A DNA stretch of 64,000 nucleotides from Thermotogota bacterium (GCA_051748045.1 JBNJGY010000001.1:64001-128000); one strand, 5' to 3'. Positions 10,529 to 21,183 are shown, numbered from the stretch's first letter. Numbers and translations: made by a program. The notes: a model not told the origin generated them from the sequence alone.

Positions 10529-11371
10529 ATGTTATTATCAGAAATCTTAAAAATAAGAAATATCAATGATAAAAAAATAAAAATTATTAGGAATACAATT
10601 AATAGATCCTACATCAAAGAACTTTTTAACAAAGGTCTTTTTGAAGAATACCAAAGCTTTCAAAAGAGTGATATTTTCAAAAATTTTGATTATATACTTT
10701 CATTTACAGAATACAAAGGAAGTCAGTCTTTATTATATGGATTTTATAAGATAACTAATATGAAAATATTAAATGATTTTCCAGAAAATATAAAAATCAT
10801 AAAAGAAAATGAAAATTGGAATGAAGGTCCTTACTATAAATACGAATTTGAAAAAGTAGACTCATTATACGATTTAGAGGGTAGATTGATTATTGATTGG
10901 GGAAAATCAACTTTATCTTGGCACCAAAAATTATTAAACAAAGAGGTTGTTCAAATATTTCCAAAAGGGTATTTAAAAGAATTTCCTGGATACCAAAATG
11001 TCATACTCTCTTTTGATGAATTGAAAAAAATAACCAACAATCCAGATGCCAACAAACAATGGAAAAACATGTTATCAAAAATATTTGGAGTATATTTGAT
11101 ATTAGATAAAACTGATGGTAAACAATATATAGGATCAGCATATGGAAAGAATGGTATTTGGGAAAGATGGAGCCAATATGCAAAAACAAAACATGGCAAC
11201 AATAAATTGCTGATCGAATTGCTAAATAATTACCCAGAGAGATACAGAAATTTCCAATATAGTATTTTAAATGTTTTACCAAATAGTTTAATGAAAGAAG
11301 AAGTTATAGAAAAAGAAAATATTGCTAAAGATAAATTGGGATCAAAAGTTTTTGGGTTTAATGGAAATTAA
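10529..11371 (+). CDS. GIY-YIG nuclease family protein
   Basis: C-terminal GVYLILDKTDGKQYIGSA...RW...E...N GIY-YIG signature; N-terminal domain not recognised. Confidence 0.85.
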   Translation: MLLSEILKIRNINDKKIKIIRNTINRSYIKELFNKGLFEEYQSFQKSDIFKNFDYILSFTEYKGSQSLLYGFYKITNMKILNDFPENIKIIKENENWNEGPYYKYEFEKVDSLYDLEGRLIIDWGKSTLSWHQKLLNKEVVQIFPKGYLKEFPGYQNVILSFDELKKITNNPDANKQWKNMLSKIFGVYLILDKTDGKQYIGSAYGKNGIWERWSQYAKTKHGNNKLLIELLNNYPERYRNFQYSILNVLPNSLMKEEVIEKENIAKDKLGSKVFGFNGN

Positions 11372-11383
11372 AAGGAGAATAAA

Positions 11384-12124
11384 ATGGAGAATTTTTTTGA
11401 AATTCACAAAGATATTCCAAGAGAAGGACCTGGTGATAACGTTTCTACAAATAAAGCATTAAAAATGGTTGAAAGTTTATCTGAAAATTCCAAAATTTTA
11501 GATATTGGTTGTGGCCCTGGCATGCAAACTATTGAATTAGCTAAAAATACAAACTCTAAAATAAAAGCTTTGGATATTTTTGAGCATTTTTTATCTAATT
11601 TAAAACAAAAAGCAAAAGAAAATAATTTAGAAAACAATATACAAACTATAAAAGGTTCTATGTTTGAACTTGATAAGCATTTCCAAAAAGAGGAGTTGGA
11701 TTTAATTTGGTCTGAAGGTGCTATTTATATTATGGGATTTGAAAAGGCTTTAAAAGATTGGAAAAAATATATAAAGCCTGGAGGATTTCTTGTTGTAAGT
11801 GAAATTACATGGTTGAAAGATGATTTACCAAAAGAGATAGAAGAATTCTGGGAAAAAGAATATCCAGATATGAAAAATTTAGATGAAAATTTAAATGTAA
11901 TAAAAAAAGAGGGGTACAATTTTGTAGATTCTTTTATCATACCAAAAACAAGTTGGTGGGATAATTACTATAATCCACTTCTAGAGAGAATACAATTTTT
12001 AGAAAAAGAGCATAAAGATAATGAAGAATGGCAAGAAGTTTTATCTGCCAATAAAAAAGAAACAGATATGTACAGAAAATATAACGATTACTATGGTTAT
12101 GTTTTTTATATTATGAAAAAATAA
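11384..12124 (+). CDS. Class I SAM-dependent methyltransferase
   Basis: ILDIGCGPG motif I, DLIWSEGAIY, KPGG. Confidence 0.92.
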   Translation: MENFFEIHKDIPREGPGDNVSTNKALKMVESLSENSKILDIGCGPGMQTIELAKNTNSKIKALDIFEHFLSNLKQKAKENNLENNIQTIKGSMFELDKHFQKEELDLIWSEGAIYIMGFEKALKDWKKYIKPGGFLVVSEITWLKDDLPKEIEEFWEKEYPDMKNLDENLNVIKKEGYNFVDSFIIPKTSWWDNYYNPLLERIQFLEKEHKDNEEWQEVLSANKKETDMYRKYNDYYGYVFYIMKK

Positions 12125-12155
12125 AATAATCTCGCATTAAATGCGAGATTATTTT
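12124..12155. terminator. Bidirectional intrinsic terminator
   Basis: AATAATCTCGCAT-N3-ATGCGAGATTATT inverted repeat between convergent genes. Confidence 0.85.
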
Positions 12156-12156
12156 A

Positions 12157-12966
12157 TTAAAAAGCAACACCTATATTGACGTCTAATTTTAAGCCTGTTA
12201 TTGTTTTTGGTATTACTGCAGTTGGTTCAGCAACCCAGTTCAAATGATATTCTAAACCACCATTTAATAAAAATCTATTGTTTAAAAGATAAGAATATGA
12301 AACTCCGGGTTTTAAAGAAAAAACAATATGTTGAGAGTCTGGATCTATACTTGTTCTTTCTTCATCCAAAGCTACCACGTTAACTCCACCCATGCCAACA
12401 AGAGTTTTTATAATTATTCCTTCAAAAATATTTTCAAAACTATAAAATATTCCAACTCTATAAAATGCATGTTTAACATGATAAGAATTAAGCTCATCAT
12501 CATATGCCTCAAATTCATTTATCCAGCCTCCATTGTTTTGTCTACTAAAAAACGTCAGCAAATCTATCTTGACATGCTTGTTTAGTAAAAAGGCAACTGG
12601 ATCTACTGCAAAGGCATTTGTCCTTCTTTCCCACTCTCTTTTTTTATATCTATCAATAACTTCTTGAGGAATAGGTTGTGGTTCAATTTTTGTTTTTGTT
12701 TCGGGCTTGTCTTTTTCGACTTCTTTTGGTTCAGGTGGATTCAAAAGATTATTAACCTCTTCCTCTGTCAAATCTTCTTCTGATATTTTAAAAATATTGT
12801 CTTTACTAAATTGATATCGAAACCCATCTTTTATTATAACAACATTCTCATCAGTTTCTTCTTCTATTTCTCCGATAAAAAACATTCCATTGTCCAATAT
12901 TATTGTTGCAGAAATACCAAATACTGCTAGTATTAGTATGGATAAAAAAAGTAATATCTTTTTCAT
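12157..12966 (-). CDS. Exported protein, probable small outer-membrane beta-barrel
   Basis: Signal peptide, P/E/K linker, alternating beta-strand pattern, C-terminal LDVNIGVAF. Confidence 0.6.
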   Translation of the reverse strand: MKKILLFLSILILAVFGISATIILDNGMFFIGEIEEETDENVVIIKDGFRYQFSKDNIFKISEEDLTEEEVNNLLNPPEPKEVEKDKPETKTKIEPQPIPQEVIDRYKKREWERRTNAFAVDPVAFLLNKHVKIDLLTFFSRQNNGGWINEFEAYDDELNSYHVKHAFYRVGIFYSFENIFEGIIIKTLVGMGGVNVVALDEERTSIDPDSQHIVFSLKPGVSYSYLLNNRFLLNGGLEYHLNWVAEPTAVIPKTITGLKLDVNIGVAF

Positions 12967-13035
12967 TTATCCCCCTCCTTTTTTTATCACATTATATCAT
13001 AATTTTAACTTGAGTTTAACTTGATTTTATTAATC

Positions 13036-13078
13036 AAAAAAAAAAACGAAGCATCTCTTTAAAAGATCGCTTCGTTTT
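13036..13078 (-). terminator. Intrinsic terminator of the lysine operon
   Basis: AAAACGAAGC...GCTTCGTTTT stem followed by a long T-run on the minus strand. Confidence 0.85.
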
Positions 13079-13083
13079 AATTA

Positions 13084-14199
13084 TTAAATATTGTTTATTA
13101 TTCTTTTATAAATATCAATACCAATATCAATAACTTTCGAAGAAGGCAAAAATTTTGGATTGTGCAATCCATATTGTTTTCCTTCATTAGTTCCTAGCCA
13201 AAACATATAAGAAGGATACTTTTTTGTAAAAAAACCAAAATCTTCTCCTGTGAATTTAAATCCAACATCAGTTATTGTATATTGATCTTTCAAAATATTT
13301 TCTATCCTATCAAATAATTCTGCATCAACTGTAACTTCTTTATAGAATGAACCCATTTTAAATGATGTTTCTACTCCTGTTATAACCTCTATTCCTTTTA
13401 ATATATTTTTCATATCTTCTCTGTACTTTTCACAAGATTTTGAATCGATGCTTCTTAAAGTTCCTTCAATCTTCGCGGTAGGCGCTACTATATTTCTCAC
13501 ATTTCCAGCTTGCATTTTCCCAATACCAATAACCAATGGAATTTCTGGGTTTTTTGGCATTTTTTCAATCTCATCCAAAAAAACTCTCGCAGCATTCAGA
13601 GCATCTTTTCCTTTGTCTGGTCTAGCACAATGTGCAGCTTCTCCTTTAAAATCTATATCAAATTCCATTGCTGAAGCAAAAAGAGTCCCTTTCGTAGAAG
13701 AGACTGTTCCTATATCATACTCATCTGTTACATGTAAAGCAAAAGCATTATTTATTTTATATTTGTCTAAAAATCCTGTTTCTAATATTTTTTCAGCACC
13801 ACCACCATGCTCTTCTGCTGGCTGGAAAACAAAAATGAAATTTTTATCTATATTATTTTTTATAGTTTCTAGAATTGTTCCATATAATATTGCTGAATGA
13901 ACGTCATGACCACAAGCGTGCATATTAGAATTTTTTGACTTATAAGAAACACCGGTTTCTTCTTTTATTGGCAAAGCATCTATATCTGCTCTAAAAAGAG
14001 TATAACCTTTGTTTTTATCTTTTGTATAGACACAAATCAATCCAGTTTCTAAAACTCTAAAAAGTTCAATATTTGAATCATATTTATCTTTAACTTTTCT
14101 TATGTTGTCAACAATGAACTGAGTAGTTTTGTATTCATTGAAAGCTACTTCTGGAATTGAATGCATTTTTTCTCTAAATTCTTCTGGAGTTAATATCAT
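13084..14199 (-). CDS. M20 amidohydrolase, probable N-acetyldiaminopimelate deacetylase
   Basis: RADIDALP, MHACGHD, FQPAEE, GEDF, LH motifs; last gene of dap operon; ATG 14199 after GAGGTG. Confidence 0.85.
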   Translation of the reverse strand: MILTPEEFREKMHSIPEVAFNEYKTTQFIVDNIRKVKDKYDSNIELFRVLETGLICVYTKDKNKGYTLFRADIDALPIKEETGVSYKSKNSNMHACGHDVHSAILYGTILETIKNNIDKNFIFVFQPAEEHGGGAEKILETGFLDKYKINNAFALHVTDEYDIGTVSSTKGTLFASAMEFDIDFKGEAAHCARPDKGKDALNAARVFLDEIEKMPKNPEIPLVIGIGKMQAGNVRNIVAPTAKIEGTLRSIDSKSCEKYREDMKNILKGIEVITGVETSFKMGSFYKEVTVDAELFDRIENILKDQYTITDVGFKFTGEDFGFFTKKYPSYMFWLGTNEGKQYGLHNPKFLPSSKVIDIGIDIYKRIINNI

Positions 14200-15314
14200 A
14201 ATAAACACCTCAATTTTTCTATAATTTTATCTATTTCATCATAGGTTATATTCAAAGCTGGTAATAACCTTATTATTTTATTTCTCAAAACATTTAATAA
14301 AATTCCATTTTCTATACCTTTTTCTATAATTTTTTCGTCAGCTTCTTTTAATTCTATTCCAATCATTAATCCCTGATTTCTGATTTCTTTTATTTTTTCT
14401 GTATTTAGTTCTTTTAATTTTTTTATAAAGTAAAAAGACTTTTCATTTATTTCAAATTTAATGTTTTCAAGGTTTTCTAAAACTACTTTAGATGCTGCTA
14501 AAGCTAAAGGATTCGGAGCAAATGTTGAGCCATGGTCTCCTATTTCTAGGTGCTGAGCAACTGAATTTTTCATTATTACAGCTCCAAGTGGTAAACCTCC
14601 TCCTAATGCTTTTGCAACTGTTATAACATCTGGTTCAATGTCATATTTTTCAAAAGCAAATTTTTCACCTGTTCTATATAAGCCAGATTGTATTTCATCT
14701 GCAACCAATAAAATCTCTTTTCTCATTGAATATTCTTTAATATAATTTATGAATTCTTCATTTATGGGAACAACTCCGCCTGAACCTTGAATTAATTCAA
14801 AGAAAACTGCCTTTATGTCAGAATGCTCTTTAAAAGTCTTTTTGAGATCATCTATATTATTAAACTCACATTCAATGGTATTAGCTAATAAAGGTCTATA
14901 TGGCTTTGTTAAATTTTCAAATCCATTGACAGACAAAGCTCCTAAAGTTCTTCCATGAAATGAATCTGAAAAGTAAAGAATTTTTGAATCACCAATTATC
15001 TTTTTTATTATTTTTAAAGCAAATTCTGTGGATTCAGTGCCTGAATTTGTGAAGAAAACTTTTTGTTTTTTGTTAGCTAATAAATCAGAAACTTTTTCTG
15101 TATTTTCATCAATAAAAAAATTTGATATATGAGTGTGTTTGTCTAATTTTTCTTTTATTGCGTTAATAACTTCTTTGTTAGAATGCCCAAGAGCCATTAC
15201 TCCAATTCCAGAAAATGTGTCTATATACTTATTTTCATCTTTGTCATAAATATATATCCCTTTAGCTTTATCTATTTTTATATTGTATGGTTTATACATT
15301 TCTAAATATTTCAT
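14196..15314 (-). CDS. Class III PLP aminotransferase (ArgD-like), probable acyl-diaminopimelate aminotransferase
   Basis: FHGRTLGA, DEIQSG, AKALGGG, HGSTF; lies within the dap operon. Confidence 0.85.
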   Translation of the reverse strand: MKYLEMYKPYNIKIDKAKGIYIYDKDENKYIDTFSGIGVMALGHSNKEVINAIKEKLDKHTHISNFFIDENTEKVSDLLANKKQKVFFTNSGTESTEFALKIIKKIIGDSKILYFSDSFHGRTLGALSVNGFENLTKPYRPLLANTIECEFNNIDDLKKTFKEHSDIKAVFFELIQGSGGVVPINEEFINYIKEYSMRKEILLVADEIQSGLYRTGEKFAFEKYDIEPDVITVAKALGGGLPLGAVIMKNSVAQHLEIGDHGSTFAPNPLALAASKVVLENLENIKFEINEKSFYFIKKLKELNTEKIKEIRNQGLMIGIELKEADEKIIEKGIENGILLNVLRNKIIRLLPALNITYDEIDKIIEKLRCLL

Positions 15315-16510
15315 AATTCAAATTCCTCAGTAAGCTCTTTAACTGCATTTTCTTTATATTTTTCTTCAATTAAACAGGAAATCTTTATTTCCGATGTTGT
15401 TACTAATTTAATGGGTATAGAATTTAACCTATTGAAAAATCTATATGCAACACCTTTTTCTTTTTTCATACCTAAACCAACTATGGATAATTTGGTTAAT
15501 TTATCTTTATACTCTACTTTTATTCTTTCATGTTCTGATGTATATTTATCTAAATAATTTTTTACTTCTTCTATATTTTCATCTACTACTGAAAATGACA
15601 TATCTATACTTTTTTCATGATAAATAATACCAATCATATCTATATTTATATTATATTTCGATGCAGATTCAAAAATATCATTCACAAAAGAGTGATCATT
15701 AGGTAAATTTAGAACATTAACTTGTATCTGATTATCATCTAAACTTAATCCTGTTACCACTGGTGATTCAAATCCTACGTCCATAATAACACTTCCTTTT
15801 TCATCGCTAAAAGATGCTCCACAATATATTTTTGTGTTATATTTTTTAGCTAATTCAACTGCTCTAGAATGTAAAACATTTGCTCCTAATTTAGACATTT
15901 CCAACATCTCATCATAAGAAATATGAGATATTTTTTTTGCATTAGGATAAACCTTTGGATCTACAGTATAAATCCCAGGGAAATCTGAATATATTTCACA
16001 TTCAGAATTGAAGATTGATGCTACAGCTACAGCTGAAGTATCTGATCCACCTCTACCTAGAGTAGTGTAATCGCCTTCATCAGTTATACCTTGAAAACCT
16101 GTTAAAACTAATATCTCATTATTTTCTAGATGTTTTTCAATTTTATTTTTATCAAATTCCTGTATTATTGCTTTTGTATAAGATTCGTTCGTTGTAATCC
16201 CCGCATGATGTGCGTTTATAGATTTTGATTTTATCCCTATATCATTCAAAGCTATTGACATCAAGGAAGCTGTTATTTGTTCTCCCGTGGTCAAAAGCAT
16301 GTCCATTTCTCTAGGATTTTTTGTTTTTGAAATTTCACTAGCTAATTTAGTCAACTCATCAGTTGTTTTTCCCATCGCAGAAACTACTATAATCATTTTG
16401 TCATAATTTACAAACTTTTGAATTATTTTTTCTGCTATTATTTTTATTTTATCTGAAGAAGATAGAGAACTCCCACCATATTTTTGAACTAATATTTTCA
16501 AAGTGAACAC
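15311..16510 (-). CDS. lysC: Aspartate kinase
   Basis: VQKYGGSS, VVSAMG, TTLGRGGSDTSA, two ACT domains ending TSEIKIS. Confidence 0.96.
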   Translation of the reverse strand: MFTLKILVQKYGGSSLSSSDKIKIIAEKIIQKFVNYDKMIIVVSAMGKTTDELTKLASEISKTKNPREMDMLLTTGEQITASLMSIALNDIGIKSKSINAHHAGITTNESYTKAIIQEFDKNKIEKHLENNEILVLTGFQGITDEGDYTTLGRGGSDTSAVAVASIFNSECEIYSDFPGIYTVDPKVYPNAKKISHISYDEMLEMSKLGANVLHSRAVELAKKYNTKIYCGASFSDEKGSVIMDVGFESPVVTGLSLDDNQIQVNVLNLPNDHSFVNDIFESASKYNINIDMIGIIYHEKSIDMSFSVVDENIEEVKNYLDKYTSEHERIKVEYKDKLTKLSIVGLGMKKEKGVAYRFFNRLNSIPIKLVTTSEIKISCLIEEKYKENAVKELTEEFEL

Positions 16511-16513
16511 TTC

Positions 16514-17212
16514 CTATAATTGTCTTAAACTTGAAATCATCTGTGTTTTAGCTTTTGTTTTTAAATCAATTTTTTTAATTTCTTTTGCTGGAATCCCTGC
16601 AACTAGTGTATTTTCTGGGACATCATTTACAACTACTGAACCAGCAGCTATTACTGAACTTTTACCTACCCTTACTCCTTCAAGGACAACAACATTAGCA
16701 CCAACTAAAACATCGTCTTCAATTATAACGGGATCTGCACTTGGTGGTTCTATAACTCCAGCCAGAACTGTCCCTGCTCCAATATGACAATTTTCTCCCA
16801 CTGTCGCTCTCCCACCTAAAACTACATTCATATCTATCATTGTATTTCTACCGATTTGAGAGCCAATGTTTATAACAGCGCCCATCATTAAAACACACCC
16901 ATCACCTATTTCTACCATATCTCTTATATGAACTCCGGGTTCAATTCTTGCATTATATTTAGAATAATCAGCAAGAGGAATAGCTGAATTTAATCTATCC
17001 ATTTCTATTCTATATTGTTCTAAACTTTCTCCCAATTTATTTTTAATTTCTTCAATTTGCTTATAATCACAAAAAATCACACCTGATTTTTCGTTTCCAT
17101 AATATTCATAATCTTTTAAACCTCTATCTAAATTTACTCCTCTTAAATATAATTTCACAGGAGTTTTTTTCTCTGAATTTGATATAAAATCTATAATTTC
17201 ATTTGAATTCAT
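16514..17212 (-). CDS. dapH: Tetrahydrodipicolinate N-acetyltransferase
   Basis: KKTPVK, ARIEPG, hexapeptide repeats, AGVIEPPSA; probable ATG at 17212. Confidence 0.93.
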   Translation of the reverse strand: MNSNEIIDFISNSEKKTPVKLYLRGVNLDRGLKDYEYYGNEKSGVIFCDYKQIEEIKNKLGESLEQYRIEMDRLNSAIPLADYSKYNARIEPGVHIRDMVEIGDGCVLMMGAVINIGSQIGRNTMIDMNVVLGGRATVGENCHIGAGTVLAGVIEPPSADPVIIEDDVLVGANVVVLEGVRVGKSSVIAAGSVVVNDVPENTLVAGIPAKEIKKIDLKTKAKTQMISSLRQL

Positions 17213-17237
17213 TTTTTCTCTCCTTTTAAAAATTAAA

Positions 17238-17891
17238 TTATTTTTTATTAAGTATTTGTTTAAATGTATAAAAACCATTTTCTAAATTAAAAATTTTTTT
17301 TGCACTTAATAATACTCCTTTGGTAAAAGCCTCTCTTGAATATGCTCTGTGAGATATTTTAATTATTTCACCTGTATTTGCAAATTCAATTTCATGTTCT
17401 CCAAATTCTGATCCTAATCTTTTTGAATGTACTTCTTCAATCTTACTATTTAATATTTTCTCCAACAAAATAGCAGTTCCAGAAGGTTTATCTTTTTTAA
17501 ACCTATGATGAGTTTCTGTTATTTCAATATCGTATGTTTCATCAATATAATCATTCATTTTTGCTAATAATTCAGTCATTATGTTAATACCAATAGAGAA
17601 ATTAAAACTTTGAATAATTGGTACTTTTTTAGAAATTTCTTTCATTTTTTCGAAATCTGCATCCTCTAAACCTGTTGTTCCTGTTATGAGTGGAACTTCT
17701 TTTTCTTTAATAATCTTTAATGTCTCTGAAAAAGCCTCTTTTAAAGAAAAATCAATTATTACCTCAGGCTTTTCTATTAGTTCTTCTATTTCAGAATCTT
17801 TTTTATATACCAGTTCATGTCCTTCTTTTGAAAAAAGATCTTGGATCGCTTTTCCCATTTTCCCCGAATATCCAATTAATCCATATTTCAT
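17238..17891 (-). CDS. dapB: 4-hydroxy-tetrahydrodipicolinate reductase
   Basis: [30 protein letters not shown]. Confidence 0.95.
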   Translation of the reverse strand: MKYGLIGYSGKMGKAIQDLFSKEGHELVYKKDSEIEELIEKPEVIIDFSLKEAFSETLKIIKEKEVPLITGTTGLEDADFEKMKEISKKVPIIQSFNFSIGINIMTELLAKMNDYIDETYDIEITETHHRFKKDKPSGTAILLEKILNSKIEEVHSKRLGSEFGEHEIEFANTGEIIKISHRAYSREAFTKGVLLSAKKIFNLENGFYTFKQILNKK

Positions 17892-18763
17892 ATAAGTTCC
17901 AACTTTTTCATTTCATTTGCAATTTTTTCTTCTTTTTCTTTTGATAATTTGAATAAAGGTTTTCTTAAATTATTGTTTGATAATCCTATTTGAGACATGG
18001 CATATTTTATTGGAATAGGGTTTACATCAATAAACATCAAGTTCATTAGATCTAAATATTTATAAAATAAATTTTTTGCTTCATTTATTTTACCTTCTAA
18101 AATATTTAAAGTTATTTTTTTCATAGTCTTTGGGGCTAAATTAGAAAAAACTGATATAACTCCATTTCCACCAGATAACATTAATGGTAGAACTTGATCA
18201 TCATTTCCCGATAAAACCTTCATATTTGAACTACATTTATTAATAGTATTAAGAATTTGGCTCATATCTCCGCTTGCTTCTTTAATAGCCTTTATATTTT
18301 CTATTTGAGATAGTTTTTCTGCTGTTTCTGTTTGAATATTAACTCCTGTTCTTGATGGAACATTATATAAAATTATCGGTAAATTAGTTTTACCTGCAAT
18401 ATATTCATAGTTCTTTACTAATCCATCTTGATTTGTTTTATTATAATAAGGAGTAACAATCAACAATCCATTTGCACCGTCTTTTTCAGCTAATTCATTT
18501 AGTTTTAAAATTTTTTCGGTATCATTAGATCCTGTACCTACTATTACAGGTATTTTTTTATTCGCTTTTTCTACTGCTATTTTTGTCAAATCAGTTCTTT
18601 CTTCGAGACTAATAGTTGGAGACTCCCCTGTTGTTCCTAGAACTATCAGAGCGTCTATTCCATTATTTATTTGATATTCTAACAAAGCTTCATATTTAAC
18701 ATAATCTATCTCTCCATTTTCTTTAAATGGAGTTATTAAAGCTGTTCCAACACCATTAAACAT
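17888..18763 (-). CDS. dapA: 4-hydroxy-tetrahydrodipicolinate synthase
   Basis: GTTGES, TPYYNK, LYNVPSRTG, IKEASG. Confidence 0.97.
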   Translation of the reverse strand: MFNGVGTALITPFKENGEIDYVKYEALLEYQINNGIDALIVLGTTGESPTISLEERTDLTKIAVEKANKKIPVIVGTGSNDTEKILKLNELAEKDGANGLLIVTPYYNKTNQDGLVKNYEYIAGKTNLPIILYNVPSRTGVNIQTETAEKLSQIENIKAIKEASGDMSQILNTINKCSSNMKVLSGNDDQVLPLMLSGGNGVISVFSNLAPKTMKKITLNILEGKINEAKNLFYKYLDLMNLMFIDVNPIPIKYAMSQIGLSNNNLRKPLFKLSKEKEEKIANEMKKLELI

Positions 18764-18764
18764 A

Positions 18765-19982
18765 TCAAAAACCTCCTAAAATTGTTTTTGTATAATCATT
18801 ATATGTTTCATCTCTTCTGATTTTTCTTATTTTTTTATCTTTGGTATAGAGATATTCAGCATGTCTTAGCTTCCCATTATAATTGAACCCCATTGAATGT
18901 GCATGAGCACCTGTATCATGAATCGCTAATATATCTCCTTCAGTCGTTAATGGTAATTTCCTATTTATTGCAAATTTATCATTATTCTCACAAAGTGAGC
19001 CAACTACATCGTATTCCTCTTTTTCATTAGACTGGAAAGATAAATTAGTAATATGGTGATAGCTTCCATACATTCCAGGTCTCATTAGATCTGACATTGC
19101 TGCATCAACACCTAAATAATTCTTAAATGTCAGTTTTTTCTTTATAACTTTAGTTATTAAATAACCTGATTGTGCAGTTATGTATCTTCCTGATTCTGTA
19201 AATATTTTAGGTTTTTTATCATTAAAAATATTCTTATAATTAGCTTCAATGCTTTTTGCTATATTAGATATATCAACTTTTTGTTCTGGTTTATATGGAA
19301 TACCTATTCCTCCGCCAATATTTATAAAATCAATAATAATTTTAAATTTATTTTGTAAATTTTTTGCAAATTCAAAAATTTCTTTTGTATATGCAGAAAA
19401 TATTTTCGGATCTTTTTCATTTGATACAACCATAGTATGCAAACCAATATTTTTTTTACCTTTTTTAGAAACAAATTCTACAGCCTTTTCGATTTGTTCT
19501 TTAGTTGAGCCAAATTTGGATTCTCTTGAATCTCCTATAATGTCATTTTTTATTCCCCCAGGATTTAAACGAAAACATAATTTATCTGGGATGATATTGT
19601 TTTTACTTAACAAATAAATATCTTCATACCAGTCAATATTTATTACACAATTTTTTTCAATAGCATACTTGTATTCTTTTAATGTTGTTAGATTAGAAGT
19701 GAACATAATATCTTCACCATTAAACCCTGAGTCAAGGGCCAACTGTATTTCGTTAACGCTTGCTGCATCAACACCACAATCATTTTCTTTCATTATTTTT
19801 AGAATATTTGGGTTAGGATTTGCTTTTATGGCAAAATACTGCTTATAATCAACCCATTTAAAGCTTTTTTTTAAACTATTTATTTTTCTTACTATAACTG
19901 ACTCATCATAAATATGAAAAGGAGTACCTTCATTTTCTGAAATCTCAAATATTTTTTGTTCTGGAATAGTTATCCTCTTCAT
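18765..19982 (-). CDS. lysA: Diaminopimelate decarboxylase
   Basis: FAIKANP (PLP lysine), SKFG, NIGGG, ESGRY, GSLCEN. Confidence 0.95.
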   Translation of the reverse strand: MKRITIPEQKIFEISENEGTPFHIYDESVIVRKINSLKKSFKWVDYKQYFAIKANPNPNILKIMKENDCGVDAASVNEIQLALDSGFNGEDIMFTSNLTTLKEYKYAIEKNCVINIDWYEDIYLLSKNNIIPDKLCFRLNPGGIKNDIIGDSRESKFGSTKEQIEKAVEFVSKKGKKNIGLHTMVVSNEKDPKIFSAYTKEIFEFAKNLQNKFKIIIDFINIGGGIGIPYKPEQKVDISNIAKSIEANYKNIFNDKKPKIFTESGRYITAQSGYLITKVIKKKLTFKNYLGVDAAMSDLMRPGMYGSYHHITNLSFQSNEKEEYDVVGSLCENNDKFAINRKLPLTTEGDILAIHDTGAHAHSMGFNYNGKLRHAEYLYTKDKKIRKIRRDETYNDYTKTILGGF

Positions 19983-20950
19983 GAATTATCTCTATTTAGT
20001 TCTATGTGTTTTTTCATAATTCTTACTGCGTTTGTGGCTGCACCAACTCTAACATTATTTGCCATTACCCAAATTAAAAATGTTTTATCGTTTAATTGTC
20101 TTAACCTTGATACATAAGTCATTTTATCATCTTGAATTTCTAAAGGTGTAATTATTTCATCATCGTAAACTACATTTTCTGAATTTGCTATTAAATCACT
20201 TATTAATTGCAAGTTAGTACTTTTTGAAATTTTAAAAGTTATAGATTCAGAATGACCATAAACAACAGGTACCCTTACTGCTGTAGGAATAACTATTATT
20301 TCTTTATCTTCAAAGATTTTTGTTGTTTCATTCACCATTTTCATTTCTTCTGTAGTGAACCCATTTTCTTCGTAATCACCAATTTTTGGAATTATATTTC
20401 TATGAATTATCTTTTCAAAATGCTCTGGTTGATTACTTTCTTTTTCTTGATTAATCAATTCTTGAATACCTTTGTTTCCTGCTCCAGATACAGCTTGATA
20501 TGTAGAGACATTTATCTCTTCTATCTTTATCTGTTTTTGTACATTATTCAAAGCTAAAAGCATTTGAATAGTTGAACAATTAGGATTTGCTATTATTCCT
20601 TTATAACCTTTTATTTTATGACTGTTTATTTCAGGGATAATTAAAGGAATATCATTATCCATTCTAAAAGCAGAAGAATTATCAATAACAACACTTCCCG
20701 CCTTGGCTGCTATTTGTGCAAATTCTTTTGAAACATCTCCCCCAGCAGAAAATAATACATAATCATATTGGTCTTTTAATGATTCTTGTTTTAATTCTTC
20801 AACTTCAATTTCTTTATTCTGAAAGCTTATTAATTCACCTACACTTTTTTTACCTGCATAAAGATCTAAATGATCTATATCTAGTGAAGAAAGTTCATCT
20901 ATAATTTTTCTACCAACTTCTCCTGTTGCTCCTACCACTGCTACTTTCAT
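19979..20950 (-). CDS. asd: Aspartate-semialdehyde dehydrogenase
   Basis: VGATGEVG, IDNSSAFRM, ANPNCSTIQ, TYQAVSGAG, RVPVVYGH. Confidence 0.97.
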   Translation of the reverse strand: MKVAVVGATGEVGRKIIDELSSLDIDHLDLYAGKKSVGELISFQNKEIEVEELKQESLKDQYDYVLFSAGGDVSKEFAQIAAKAGSVVIDNSSAFRMDNDIPLIIPEINSHKIKGYKGIIANPNCSTIQMLLALNNVQKQIKIEEINVSTYQAVSGAGNKGIQELINQEKESNQPEHFEKIIHRNIIPKIGDYEENGFTTEEMKMVNETTKIFEDKEIIVIPTAVRVPVVYGHSESITFKISKSTNLQLISDLIANSENVVYDDEIITPLEIQDDKMTYVSRLRQLNDKTFLIWVMANNVRVGAATNAVRIMKKHIELNRDNS

Positions 20951-20964
20951 ATTTACACCTCCGG

Positions 20965-20997
20965 AAAATAAAAAAACTCTCCCAAAAAGGAGAGTTT
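20965..20997 (-). terminator. Expression-platform terminator of the lysine riboswitch
   Basis: AAACTCTCC-N6-GGAGAGTTT stem with T-run on the minus strand, between the aptamer and the asd RBS. Confidence 0.85.
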
Positions 20998-21021
20998 ATA
21001 ATAAATTCATTTATTATTATT

Positions 21022-21183
21022 TTGACGGCTCTCCACGTTAAACGTGACAGTAGTATAGATATTCACTATACTCCCGGAAAAGAGTTTTGAGTTTCTCTTT
21101 CCCTCGGCAACTTTACCTTTCACATATCTTCATAGCTTTCTCGAGCTCAAATATGTTACTCTTATCAGTCGCGCCTCCGTTCG
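21022..21183 (-). ncRNA. Lysine riboswitch (L-box)
   Basis: Minus strand reads ACGGAGGCGCG..AAGAGUA..GAAAGG..GCCGA..ACUGUCAC..GUGGAGAGCCGU, the conserved L-box core with a closing P1, directly upstream of the lysine operon. Confidence 0.95.

Noticed and set aside
10529-12124. Nuclease plus methyltransferase as a restriction-modification system
   Set aside because: The methyltransferase has no DPPY/NPPY or PC motif and resembles small-molecule class I enzymes
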